A stretch of 64,000 nt of DNA, from contig JAFSZN010000050.1 in assembly GCA_017455665.1 (NCBI GenBank), positions 183 through 64,182 of the forward strand, in the 5' to 3' direction. Every line of letters starts with the position of its first letter. The first letter of the stretch is position 1. A program made the translations under genes and the position numbers. This document shows positions 43,783 to 53,657 of this stretch, piece by piece. The DNA is from Lentisphaeria bacterium (GTDB taxonomy: Bacteria; Verrucomicrobiota; Lentisphaeria; Victivallales; UBA1829). The notes under the pieces are model-generated. The model had not been told where the DNA came from and made no database searches. It saw only the letters and a list, made by a program, of their open reading frames with translations.

Positions 43783-46086
43783 TTAGCTCTTCTTTTCCGC
43801 CGAAGCGGCGGCGGCGTTCTGCTCGCGGATCGCGGCGCGGCGGATCTTGCCGTTGACGGTCTTCGGGAGCTCGGCGACGAACTCGATGATGCGCGGATAT
43901 TTGTACGGCGCGGTATGCGTCTTGACGTAGTTCTTGATCTCTTCCTTGAGCTCGTCGCTGCCTTCCTTGCCCTTCACGAGCACGATGGTGGCTTTCACGA
44001 CCTTGCCCCGGACGGGATCCGGCACGCCGGTCACGGCGCATTCGAGGATGTACGGCAGCTCCATGAGGACGCTTTCGACCTCGAACGGGCCGACGCGGTA
44101 GCCGGACGTCTTGATGATGTCGTCGGCGCGTCCCTGGTACCAGAAGTAGCCGTCCTCGTCCTGCCACGCCTGGTCGCCGGTGTGGTAGTAGCCGTCGTGC
44201 CAGACTTTCTGTGTGTCCTCGGGATTCTTGACGTACTGGCAGAAGAGTCCGCACGGATGATCGTCCGGCTCCGCCTTCACGCAGATCTCGCCGGTCTCGC
44301 CGGTCTTGACCGGATTGCCTTCGGGATCGAGCAGGACGACCTCGTACTGCGGATTCGGGCGGCCCATGGAGCCGGGACGCGGCTTCATGTCGGCGAGCGT
44401 GGCGATGGTGAGCGTGGTCTCGGTCTGTCCGAATCCTTCGTACGGGAGCTGGCCGGAGACGCGCGCGAACGCCTCGCTGACCTCGGCGGGCATCGCCTCG
44501 CCGGCGGTGGTGACGTGTTCGAGCGTGGAGAAGTCGACGTGGGAGAGGTCTTCCTTCACGAGGAAACGGAAGATGGTCGGCGGCGCGCAGAACGTGGTGA
44601 TGCCGTACTGCTTGAACATCGGGAGCAGGTCGGCGGCGTGGAAACGGTCGAAGTCGAAGGTGAAGACGCCGGCTTCGCAGAGCCACTGTCCGTAGATCTT
44701 GCCCCAGAGCGCCTTGCCCCAGCCCGTGTCGGCGACCGTGAAGTGGAGGCCGTCGGGGTTGACCTTGTGCCAGTGGCGCGCGGTCATGATGTGCCCGAGC
44801 GGATACGCGTGGTCGTGCTCGACCATCTTCGGATAGCCGGTCGTGCCGGAGCTGAAGAAGACGAGCAGCGGATCGGTGGTCTTGTGGCCGGCGGGACGCT
44901 GGAAGACGGGCGGGAAGTTCGGATACAGGGCGTCGAGGTCGAGCCAGCCGTCCTTCTGTCCGTTGACCGTGAGCTTGAGCGTCATCCCGGTCACGGCGGC
45001 GGCCTCGTCGACTTCCTTCGTGATGTTGCCGTCGGCGGAGCAGACCACATAGCGGATGTCCGCCTTCTTGAAACGGTATTCGAAGTCGTGCGCGGTCATC
45101 TGGCAGGAGGCCGGGACGGCGACGGCGCCGATCATGTGGAGCGCGTTCAGCACAAACCAGAACTGGTAGTGGCGTTTCATCACCAGCATCACGCGGTCGC
45201 CCTTGCGGATCCCGAGGGAATGCAGCAGGTTCGCGCAGCGCATGGCGTTTTCGGAGATGTCGCGGAACGTGAAGTCGCGGCAGACTTTGTCCTTGGAGAC
45301 CCACTTCATGGCGATCTTGTCCGGGCACTCGGCGGCGAGGCGGTTCACCACGTCGAACGCGAAGTTGAAGTCGTCCGGCACATGGAAACGCACGTTCTTC
45401 AGCGTGCCGTCCGGGTTCCACTCCTCCTCCATGTACTCCTGGTACAGCAGACGGCGGGCGCCGGTCGGGGGTTCCTTGACCACGGGCTGCGGCACGAACG
45501 CGAACCGGTCGGGCTTTTCGTCGTCGTATTTGCTGTGCATGACGATGGAGAGGAACTTGCAGGGCTTGCCGTTGGCGGCCTGCATGGCGTGCGCCTCGCG
45601 GCCGTCGAAATAGATGCTGTCGCCCTCGTTCAGGACTTCCTCCTTGCCGTGCAGGAAGACCCTCAGCGAACCGGACAGGATCAGGACGAATTCCTGGCCG
45701 TTGTGCTCGGAATACTGAAGCGGCTCGTTCTCGCCGGCGGGCGGAGCGGTGACGATGAACGGCTCGCCGGTGCGGTCCTTCATGCGGATCGCCTGGTGCA
45801 GATAGGAGAACTCGGGGCGGCGGACGAAGGGGAAGCCCTCGCCGCTGCGCGTGACGGTATACAGGGCCAGGTTCGGAGCTTCGCCGCTGATGACGGAGGA
45901 GACGTCCAGTCCGAAGTGTCCTGCCAAGTTGTAGTAGAACGAGAACGGCGCCTGTTTGGCTCCGCTTTCGAACAGGGAGTATTCCTCCGGCGTGACGCCG
46001 AGGAGTTCCGCCATCTGTTCGACGGTGAAGTTTTTCTGAGCCCTGAGCTCACGGACTCTCATGGAGATCTGTTCTTTGTTTTCCAT
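43783..46086 (-). CDS. Fusion protein: XRE-type HTH + cupin + AMP-forming acyl-CoA synthetase (medium-chain/ACSM-like)
   Basis: 767 aa. HTH (ISMRVRELRAQKNFTVEQMAELLGVTPEEYSLFESG). Cupin (GQEFVLILSGSLRVFLHGKEEVLNEGDSIYFDGREAHAM). Adenylation motifs FFSSGTTGYPKMV, EGFGQTE, YHTGDQA, GRADDIIKTSGYRVGPFEVE and PKTVNGKIRR. The 870-aa + strand ORF is a shadow. Confidence 0.85.
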   Translation of the reverse strand: MENKEQISMRVRELRAQKNFTVEQMAELLGVTPEEYSLFESGAKQAPFSFYYNLAGHFGLDVSSVISGEAPNLALYTVTRSGEGFPFVRRPEFSYLHQAIRMKDRTGEPFIVTAPPAGENEPLQYSEHNGQEFVLILSGSLRVFLHGKEEVLNEGDSIYFDGREAHAMQAANGKPCKFLSIVMHSKYDDEKPDRFAFVPQPVVKEPPTGARRLLYQEYMEEEWNPDGTLKNVRFHVPDDFNFAFDVVNRLAAECPDKIAMKWVSKDKVCRDFTFRDISENAMRCANLLHSLGIRKGDRVMLVMKRHYQFWFVLNALHMIGAVAVPASCQMTAHDFEYRFKKADIRYVVCSADGNITKEVDEAAAVTGMTLKLTVNGQKDGWLDLDALYPNFPPVFQRPAGHKTTDPLLVFFSSGTTGYPKMVEHDHAYPLGHIMTARHWHKVNPDGLHFTVADTGWGKALWGKIYGQWLCEAGVFTFDFDRFHAADLLPMFKQYGITTFCAPPTIFRFLVKEDLSHVDFSTLEHVTTAGEAMPAEVSEAFARVSGQLPYEGFGQTETTLTIATLADMKPRPGSMGRPNPQYEVVLLDPEGNPVKTGETGEICVKAEPDDHPCGLFCQYVKNPEDTQKVWHDGYYHTGDQAWQDEDGYFWYQGRADDIIKTSGYRVGPFEVESVLMELPYILECAVTGVPDPVRGKVVKATIVLVKGKEGSDELKEEIKNYVKTHTAPYKYPRIIEFVAELPKTVNGKIRRAAIREQNAAAASAEKKS

Positions 46087-46599
46087 GTCTTGCGATCCTT
46101 GTGTTGGTTTGTATTAGGATTGCTCAGGAAAAATCAGGCATCCGGATACGGGTGGAAACACGTCCGGACCACCCGTATCTTCCCTGTGCAAAGGGTTTCA
46201 ACGGGCGGCCTTCGTAATAATGATGTCGATAATGGCATCGGACGCGGTACGGATCATGGCAATGCGGACAGACGCGAACGCCGCGGCGGAGAATTCCCCG
46301 TCGCGCTGTTCAAAACCGGCTGTCGTGCGGAACATCATTTGCGATTGCCTCGATCCGTTCGTAAGAAAAAAGAATAGATACAAATATACCCTCACTTTGT
46401 TTTTTTTTCAAGCGAATCGTGAAATTATCCTCAAAAAAAGACTTCACAGACACGGAAATCAGGCTGATCCTCTATTGGCAAGTCCCGAATCGTTTTTTCA
46501 GTCGGGATCCGAATCTTTTTTTTGGCGTTCGCCGGCTTGATATTTCCTGATGCGGTGTTATATTAAACTGAATAAAAACGACTAGCTGAAAGAGATTCG

Positions 46600-47802
46600 A
46601 TGAAACCGACTACCCTCCCGCCCGATCTTCTCCGCTCCAAACACTGGGAATGGCATATCCCGTCCGAAAAGACCGCCGAAACAGTCCGCGGTCTGGTCCT
46701 GTCCGCACAGCATCTGGTAAAAAGCACCCCGGTCCGCGCGGTGTACCACTGTGAGGATTACTTCCTCAAATTCGAACTCGCGACCAATCTGATGACATCG
46801 TTCAGAAACCGTCTGCATCCGAAGGCTGGCGCGGAGTACGAGATCGGACAGAGCCTGGCGGCGGCGGGGATCCCCGCCGTGGAATGCATCGGCTGGGGCA
46901 AGCTCGGCGGCACGAACGTGCTGATCACACGCGCCAAGCCCGGATTTATCACGATGGACGAGTATTTCTACACGCGGGTCGTCTACGGCGGAGAGAGTTT
47001 CGACGGCGTTCTTCCGGAGATCACATCATTCCTGCGGAAGTTCTTCGACGCCGGCTTTTATCACGGCGACATGCATTTCGGCAATATCCTGTACAATTCC
47101 GAAAAGCACGAACTTGCATGGGTGGACCTGATTGCGATCAGCCATATGGGTAAAGTCGAGCCTGCCGCACGCAGATTCATGTGCCGGTGCATTGTCTCGC
47201 TCCGCGAGGGGCTCTCCCGCACGCAGCTGCTGCATGCCATCCGCGAGCTCGGCGCGGCCGAGACGGACACCGAGGCGGAAACGTTCTATTTCTCGGAGAT
47301 CATGCGCACGGCACGCCACCTTGTCGAAACCTGGGAAAAGCGCAGCGGCCAGGCATTGGGCGGCTATTCGAAATTCGCCGATGCCATCCCCTGCCCCGGC
47401 GCGCCCGGCAGGACAATGCTTCTGCGGAAAGACTGGCTCGGACGCCCCCTCATCACGAAGGATGCCGCCGCGCACGGATTGCCGGCCGGCCATGAACTTT
47501 TCCGTGCGAAGGATGAAGCCGAAGCGGAAACACTTTATCTGCGGAGCATCTATCTGCAGACTCTGCGGATCAAACATCGCCGCATTGTCGCGTTCGCACG
47601 TCCTGACGAGCTTTGGCTTGAGCCGCTTCCGGCAGGACTTGAGGCTGTTCCCTCCGCTCCGGACGATGCCGACACGGCATTCTTCCGGCGCACGCTGGAG
47701 GAACAGATGATCGAGGCGCCCGCGGACGCCATCCGGCGCCTGCCGGACGGGTCGTTCTACCTGACCGGCCTGACGCGCCTCAAGACAGGCTTCGAGGCGT
47801 GA
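46600..47802 (+). CDS. Lipopolysaccharide (Kdo/WaaP)-kinase-family protein kinase-like protein
   Basis: 400 aa. YFLKFE (Lys), catalytic-loop-like FYHGDMHFGNILY and WVDL. Confidence 0.65.
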   Translation: MKPTTLPPDLLRSKHWEWHIPSEKTAETVRGLVLSAQHLVKSTPVRAVYHCEDYFLKFELATNLMTSFRNRLHPKAGAEYEIGQSLAAAGIPAVECIGWGKLGGTNVLITRAKPGFITMDEYFYTRVVYGGESFDGVLPEITSFLRKFFDAGFYHGDMHFGNILYNSEKHELAWVDLIAISHMGKVEPAARRFMCRCIVSLREGLSRTQLLHAIRELGAAETDTEAETFYFSEIMRTARHLVETWEKRSGQALGGYSKFADAIPCPGAPGRTMLLRKDWLGRPLITKDAAAHGLPAGHELFRAKDEAEAETLYLRSIYLQTLRIKHRRIVAFARPDELWLEPLPAGLEAVPSAPDDADTAFFRRTLEEQMIEAPADAIRRLPDGSFYLTGLTRLKTGFEA

Positions 47803-47872
47803 TCGCGCATCCTTTTTCACCAGACTTTATCCGAAACGGGTTCCATTCCACAAACGTTCAGAAAGACCCCCT

Positions 47873-49228
47873 ATGACCGCCGTACTGGTTTTCTGCATTC
47901 TTTCACTGTTCCTGGTGCTGGGAAAGATCCTTCGCGCCTTCATCCCCCTCCTCCAAAAACTCTATCTGCCCAGCTCCATCATCGGCGGCGCGGTCGCGCT
48001 TGCCGTCTTCAAAGGTTTTCCCAGTCTGGTCCCGTCGGACGTCATCTCCGCCATCGGCAAACTGCCGGGCTTCCTCATCAATGTGGTCTTTGCGGGGCTT
48101 TTCCTCGGCGTGACCGCGCCGAAGCTTTCCAGAATGATCGCGGTGGCGTTCCCGCAGCTCTGTTTCGGGCAGTTCATCGCGTGGGGGCAATACGTGCTCG
48201 GTCTCGGCCTGACGGGATTCGTTCTCATGCCTGCCTTCGGGCTTTCCCCGGCGTTCGGCAACCTGCTGGAGATCGGATTCGAGGGCGGACACGGCACGGT
48301 CGGCGGCATGGCATCCGTGTTCGAGGAATACAACTGGAGCGACGGCATCGCGCTGGGGTACACCGTGGCGACTGTTGGCATGATCATCGCGATCATCATC
48401 GGCATGGTCCTCGTGAACTGGGCGAACCGGCGCGGCTATGTGCATGACTTCATGCCGCTGGAAGAGATGGACCGCCTGCACATGCGCGGCATCTACCGCC
48501 GCCGGGAACAGCCCTCGGCGGGGCGACAGACGGTGCTGTGCGACTCCATCGACTCGCTGGCGTGGCATTGCGCCCTGATCGGCGCGGCAGTGGCGATCGG
48601 CTATGCGATCCTGTTCGGCTGCCGCCACCTGGAAACCGCGATCTTCCCGAAGGCGTCCATCCGCATCTTCTCCGGATTCCCGCTTTTCCCGCTTTGCATG
48701 ATCGGCGGACTCATCATCCAGCACATTTTCCAGCGGCTCCGCATCGCGCCGCTGATCAACGGCGACCAGATGAAACGCATCTCCGGCGCTTCGCTGGATT
48801 TCCTGGTGGTCTCCGCGATCGCCACGATCCGCATCGAAGTCGTGCTGCAGAACTGGCTGCCGCTGCTTATCCTGATCGGCTCGGGCGCGCTGCTCTCGGT
48901 CCTGATGGTGCTCTTCGTGGCGCCGAAACTCTTCCGCAACGCCTGGTTCGAACGCGCCATCGCGGACTTCGGGCAGTCGCTCGGCGTGACCGCGACGGGG
49001 CTTCTGCTGCTGCGAACCGTGGACCCGGAAAACAAGACCGACGCGACCGCGGCATTCGGCTACAAACAGCTGCTTCACGAGCCTTTCATGGGCGGCGGCA
49101 TCGTGACCGCGCTTGCCCTGACGCTGGTCTTCAACATCGGCTGGCTTCCGGTCTTCATCGCCTCGGCTGTCTTTTTCGTGTTCTGGGGGATCCTGATCGG
49201 CGTGATCATCGTCCGAAACAGGAAATAA
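47873..49228 (+). CDS. gltS: Sodium/glutamate symporter (ESS/GltS family)
   Basis: 451 aa polytopic protein. N-terminus LVLGKILRAFIPLLQKLYLPSSIIGG is typical of GltS. Confidence 0.8.
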   Translation: MTAVLVFCILSLFLVLGKILRAFIPLLQKLYLPSSIIGGAVALAVFKGFPSLVPSDVISAIGKLPGFLINVVFAGLFLGVTAPKLSRMIAVAFPQLCFGQFIAWGQYVLGLGLTGFVLMPAFGLSPAFGNLLEIGFEGGHGTVGGMASVFEEYNWSDGIALGYTVATVGMIIAIIIGMVLVNWANRRGYVHDFMPLEEMDRLHMRGIYRRREQPSAGRQTVLCDSIDSLAWHCALIGAAVAIGYAILFGCRHLETAIFPKASIRIFSGFPLFPLCMIGGLIIQHIFQRLRIAPLINGDQMKRISGASLDFLVVSAIATIRIEVVLQNWLPLLILIGSGALLSVLMVLFVAPKLFRNAWFERAIADFGQSLGVTATGLLLLRTVDPENKTDATAAFGYKQLLHEPFMGGGIVTALALTLVFNIGWLPVFIASAVFFVFWGILIGVIIVRNRK

Positions 49229-49488
49229 TGCCGGATCCCGGTCCGCCGCTTTTTTCGGAGGAGGGGCCTTCGGGCGCGGCTTGATCCCGTTTCGGGAAAA
49301 GGCATATTGAACACACAGCAAATCCCGAATAAAAAAGATACCCTTTAGGGTATACGGTTTCCCCGTGCCCGGTTTTTGAAAAAAAATGGATGCCCGGCAC
49401 AATATCCCGCGCCTTGGGAGCGTTAATTGACCAGAAGCGCGCAACGGAACAAACAAAAACACAACCAACACACAATCAGGTGACTGCA

Positions 49489-49950
49489 ATGAAATCCATC
49501 TCCAATCTTTTTGTCAATAAGCTCTCCGCTCTTTTCCTCATCGCCGCGATCGCCGGCATGGTCTCGGTCAACGCCTATGCTCACACCGATGACTACATGG
49601 GATTCGGCGGATTCCATCACTTCAACGGATTCGGATACGGGTTCGGCGGATTCCATCACTTCAACGGATTCGGATACGGGTTCGGCGGATTCGGCGGATT
49701 CGGCGGATTCGCTCCCGGCATGGAGTTCGGATACGGATTCGGCGGACATCATTTCGACGCTTATTCCGCGGTCGATTTCAACGGATTCGGATATGGCTTC
49801 ACGGCTCAGAACCCTGTTCACGCCTCGAACCGCAAGATCGTCCCTCTGCCGCCCACCGCTTCCACGGTCAACACCTCCATCACTTACGATGAATCCGGCG
49901 AACTCCACGTTCGCCCGTTCGACGACGAAGACCTCTTCGTGGAGGATTGA
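49489..49950 (+). CDS. Secreted Gly/Phe/His/Tyr-rich repeat protein (hypothetical)
   Basis: Track ORF is over-extended; the ATG at 49489 lies 6 nt after AGGTGA. Signal peptide MKSISNLFVNKLSALFLIAAIAGMVSVNAYA. Then MGFGGFHHFNGFGYGFGGFHHFNGFGYGFGGFGGFGGF..., a perfect 39-nt tandem duplication from ~49603, and an acidic C-terminus. Confidence 0.7.
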   Translation: MKSISNLFVNKLSALFLIAAIAGMVSVNAYAHTDDYMGFGGFHHFNGFGYGFGGFHHFNGFGYGFGGFGGFGGFAPGMEFGYGFGGHHFDAYSAVDFNGFGYGFTAQNPVHASNRKIVPLPPTASTVNTSITYDESGELHVRPFDDEDLFVED

Positions 49951-50121
49951 GGCAGCACAGGACCGCTTCCGAAAACAGCGAATTGTTCCACGGGGCGTCT
50001 CCCAGGGGGTGGGAGGCGTCCCCGTTTTTATGTGCATGCGCCCAGGCGCATATGACGAAAAACGGCCGCCCGGAATGAACCGGACGGCCTGATCTTTGCT
50101 TCAAAAAGCCCGACTTGTCGA

Positions 50122-52548
50122 TCAGAGCTTGATGGAGACGGTTTTGCCGGAGTACTTGACGGTCTTGCATTTCTCCGCGGGGGTGCGCGTCTCCTCGACG
50201 CCGACGCCTTCCTTCACGAGGACGACGCGGAACGTGCGGTTCTTCAGCATGCCGGGGAAGGAGCCCTCGGCGTCGCCGATGGTGAGCGTGCCGTCCTTGT
50301 ACGTGAACTCGATGGTGCTGAACGCGCCCTTCTCGTAGTTGTAGTTGTCGAACTCGTCCTCGTAGAGCGTGAAGGAGCCGTTTGCGCCCGGATAGACGCG
50401 AATCTCGAGGTCGTCCCACTTCTTCTGCTCGGCGTATTCGACCGGCTCGGCGATCGGGATGATGCTGCCCGCCTTCACGAACAGAGGCACGAGGTCGAGC
50501 GGAGCGGCGATGGTAACGGTCTGTCCGCCCTCGTAGGACTTGCCGGAGTGGAAGTCGATGAACTTGGAACCGGCGGGCAGATAGACGTCCCAGTTCTTCG
50601 TGTTCGAGACGTCGATGCGATTGTTCGCGAGGTACATGGACTTCACGATCGGGGCGACGAGCAGGGATTTGCCGAAGAGGAACTCGGTGTCGAGCTTGTG
50701 CGTCTTCTTGTCGGCGGGGAAGTCGGCGAAGAGCGGGCGCATCATGGAGCCGCGGTTCGCGGAGACGTCGTGCATCATGGAGTAGATGTACGGGAGGAAC
50801 GCGTAACGCGTTTTGATGGCGCGGAGCATGGCGTCGTACACGGGATCGCCTTCCTTGCCGAAGAAGTACAGTTCGCGCGGACCGTCGGTGCCGTGGCTGC
50901 GCATCATGGGCGTGAACGCGCCGAACTGCATCCAGCGGGCGTAAAGCTCGAAGAAAGCGATGTTTCGGCTGCGGTTCGGGTAGTTCCAGAGGAAGAAGCC
51001 GCCGATGTCGGCGTTCCAGTACGGGAGGCCGACGAGCGCCATGTTCAGGCCGCAGGCGATCTGGTCCTTCAGGGAATCCCAGCTGGTGACGGTGTCGCCG
51101 GACCAGGTGTTCGTGCCGAAGCGCTGCTGGCCGGCGTAGGCGCAGCGCGTGAGGATGAAGACGCGCTTGCCGTCGGGATTCTCGGCGCGCTGGTGCTCGT
51201 AGACGCTGCCGGTGGTCATGAAGGGATAGAGGTTGCGGACGCGGCGGAACGTGCCCTGTTCGGTCATGAGGTCGAAGTCGGCGTCCTTGATGTTGTGGTG
51301 GTCCGGCTCGGTGGAGTCCATCCACCAGGCATCGGGGCCGTAGTCGAGGAGCTTTTTCGCGTAGCTCCAATAGATTTCGCGGGCTTCCTTGCTGTAGGGA
51401 TCGTAGGGACGCGCGCCGCCGGACCCGCCGACGGAGGTGTCGTTCGGCCATGTGTCGATATCGAGGAGATGGCCTTTTTCCTTCAGGATCTTGAACTGCT
51501 CGGTCTTCTGTCCGAAGTCGGGCCAGATCACAAGCATGGCGTGCGCGTTCAGCTCATGGACGCGGTCGAACATCTTCTTCGGCTCGGGGAAGCCGGGGTT
51601 CAGGAACTGCATGGCGTTCCAGTAGTTGTTGTCCTCGCCCCAGTACTGCCAGTCCTGGATGATGCCGTCGAGCGGGATGTGGAGCTGACGGTATTTCTCG
51701 ACAACTTCGAGCAGTTCCGCCTGCGTTTTGTAGCGTTCGCGGCTCTGCCAGAAGCCGAGCGTCCAGAGTGCCTGCATCGGGCTGTCGCCGGTGAGCTTGC
51801 GCATCTGCGCGACGACGCCGTCCGTGGAGCCGCCGAACATGAAGTAGTAGTCGAGGTTTTCGCCGTCCTTGAACATGAAGTTCAGGACATTGTCCTTCTC
51901 CTCGAACTCGCCGCTGGCGGGGTTGTCGAGGAAGACGCCGTAGCCCTTGACCGTCTGGAACATCGGGACGGAGACGAAACGGTAGCCCTGGTGGATCGGG
52001 AACTTGCTGCCGCGCTGGGAGAATTTGTCGTTCTGCGGCTGTCCGAACCCGTAGATCTCCTCGTCGGCGTCCACGCGGAACCGCGCCGTGACGGTGTTCG
52101 TCTTGCCGCTGGGATACTCGACGGGCGCCATCTTGAACGGCGCGGCGGCATCCTCGGCGAGGAGGCGTGTGCCGTCGGGCTTCGCGAACGAGATCGCGCC
52201 GGTCTTGCGGTCCAGGGACACGCTCACCGCGGAGGATTTCGCCGTGTAGGCCGCATCCGTCTTTTTGACCTCGACCTGGACTTTTTCCGGCTTCAGGATG
52301 ACGGTGGGCGTGACGAACGGCGTTTTCGTACTGTTCGACGGGGTCTTGGTGACGCGGACGATCTCCGGCGAGTAGAAGACGACGCTCGTGACGACGCCGT
52401 TTTCTTCGAGCCGGAACCCGTTCTTTTCTTCGAATTTGCTCATGTTGATCTTCTGCGGTTCAAGCATTGACTGGTTTTCGTTCGCACAGGACGCTGCCGC
52501 GGCGGCCGCCGCGATCGCCATGCAAACGGGGAGGATGAGGTGTTTCAT
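50122..52548 (-). CDS. Glycoside hydrolase family 31 (alpha-glucosidase/alpha-xylosidase-like) lipoprotein
   Basis: 808 aa. Lipoprotein signal MKHLILPVCMAIAAAAAAASC. GH31-like blocks IPLDGIIQDWQYW, DAWWMDSTEPD and WSGDTVTSW. Confidence 0.75.
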   Translation of the reverse strand: MKHLILPVCMAIAAAAAAASCANENQSMLEPQKINMSKFEEKNGFRLEENGVVTSVVFYSPEIVRVTKTPSNSTKTPFVTPTVILKPEKVQVEVKKTDAAYTAKSSAVSVSLDRKTGAISFAKPDGTRLLAEDAAAPFKMAPVEYPSGKTNTVTARFRVDADEEIYGFGQPQNDKFSQRGSKFPIHQGYRFVSVPMFQTVKGYGVFLDNPASGEFEEKDNVLNFMFKDGENLDYYFMFGGSTDGVVAQMRKLTGDSPMQALWTLGFWQSRERYKTQAELLEVVEKYRQLHIPLDGIIQDWQYWGEDNNYWNAMQFLNPGFPEPKKMFDRVHELNAHAMLVIWPDFGQKTEQFKILKEKGHLLDIDTWPNDTSVGGSGGARPYDPYSKEAREIYWSYAKKLLDYGPDAWWMDSTEPDHHNIKDADFDLMTEQGTFRRVRNLYPFMTTGSVYEHQRAENPDGKRVFILTRCAYAGQQRFGTNTWSGDTVTSWDSLKDQIACGLNMALVGLPYWNADIGGFFLWNYPNRSRNIAFFELYARWMQFGAFTPMMRSHGTDGPRELYFFGKEGDPVYDAMLRAIKTRYAFLPYIYSMMHDVSANRGSMMRPLFADFPADKKTHKLDTEFLFGKSLLVAPIVKSMYLANNRIDVSNTKNWDVYLPAGSKFIDFHSGKSYEGGQTVTIAAPLDLVPLFVKAGSIIPIAEPVEYAEQKKWDDLEIRVYPGANGSFTLYEDEFDNYNYEKGAFSTIEFTYKDGTLTIGDAEGSFPGMLKNRTFRVVLVKEGVGVEETRTPAEKCKTVKYSGKTVSIKL

Positions 52549-52780
52549 GCGTCTGCTCCGGACGGTTGAGGGTGGATAAAAAAGGAAAAAGCATGCATTA
52601 TTATACTGCGTCGGACGAGGAAAGTCAATACGTTTTTTCTAAAAAAATGAAGATTCCGAAAATATCCTGTGAAGTCCGCAATAATCCACGGCATCGGAAA
52701 AAGTTTGCATGCATCGGGTGGAAACGTGCAAAAAGAGACAAACAGACAGGCGCCGTTTGAAGATGGCTGTCCCCGGCGGA

Positions 52781-53506
52781 TCAGGAGCCTTTTGCCAGTT
52801 TGACGGCACAGGAAGCGCACGCTCTCAGCCGCGCGGCAAGATAGTATCCGTCCGCGAAAACACGCCCGAATCCGTGTTTCAGCAGGATACGCCGCACCTC
52901 GGACGCCGTTTCCTGCCGCCGGACCGTGCTCACGCCGCCCAGCGCGAAATCCGTGATCTCCCGGTCGACGAACCGGAACACCGCACCGGACTCCTTCGCG
53001 CGCAGGAAAAGGTCCAGGTCGGCGCAGATATTCCACTGAACATCGAATCCGCCCAGGCGCTCCAGCAGGCTCCGCCGGATCGCCGACGCCGGATGGAAGA
53101 TGCGCGCGCCGCGGAATGACGACATTCCCTGCGCCGGACTGAACTTCCGCCCGTTCACGCGGATGCACCCGTGCAGGATGTCCGCGTCCGGGTTGGCGCG
53201 CAACTCGCGCACGATCTCCTCCAACGCGCCCGGCAGATAGCGGTCGTCGGCGTTCAGGAACATCACATACTCGCCCCTCGCCCGCGCCCACCCCTGGTTC
53301 ATGGCGTCGTAAATGCCGCGGTCGGGAGACTGCACGACGACCGCGTCCGGCTGGACTGCGCGGACGGCTTCGCAGGTCCCGTCCGTCGATCCGGCGTCCT
53401 TCAGGATGTATTCGACGCCCTCGGGCAATGGGCACCCGAGGGATTCCGCGGCGTGCGCCACGGTCCCGGCGGCATTTTTTGTGACGGTTACGATGGAGAG
53501 AAGCAT
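52781..53506 (-). CDS. Family-2 glycosyltransferase
   Basis: Track ORF is extended; the ATG at 53506 gives MLLSIVTVTKNAA. Also DAGSTDGT and FLNADD (DxD). Confidence 0.8.
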   Translation of the reverse strand: MLLSIVTVTKNAAGTVAHAAESLGCPLPEGVEYILKDAGSTDGTCEAVRAVQPDAVVVQSPDRGIYDAMNQGWARARGEYVMFLNADDRYLPGALEEIVRELRANPDADILHGCIRVNGRKFSPAQGMSSFRGARIFHPASAIRRSLLERLGGFDVQWNICADLDLFLRAKESGAVFRFVDREITDFALGGVSTVRRQETASEVRRILLKHGFGRVFADGYYLAARLRACASCAVKLAKGS

Positions 53507-53657
53507 GTTCGCCTTTCCTGTGAATGTTCTGCCTGATAATATCGCACGTTTCCGCGCAAAAATCAAGTCCGTTTTCGTTTTTGCGTTTGAAATCGCCCGC
53601 GCGGGAGATTATTTTATTAGAGTGTTTTTCCATCAACCCTCAACCATTGAACACACC

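Noticed and set aside
46198-46395. 65-aa minus-strand ORF (…MMFRTTAGFEQRDGEFSAAAFASVRIAMIRTASDAIIDIIITKAAR) in the leader of the HTH-cupin-ligase gene.
   Set aside because: It is GC-rich and could be a real small gene or leader peptide. However, I see no recognisable family or clear RBS, and it overlaps the tail of a shadow ORF, so it is left uncalled.
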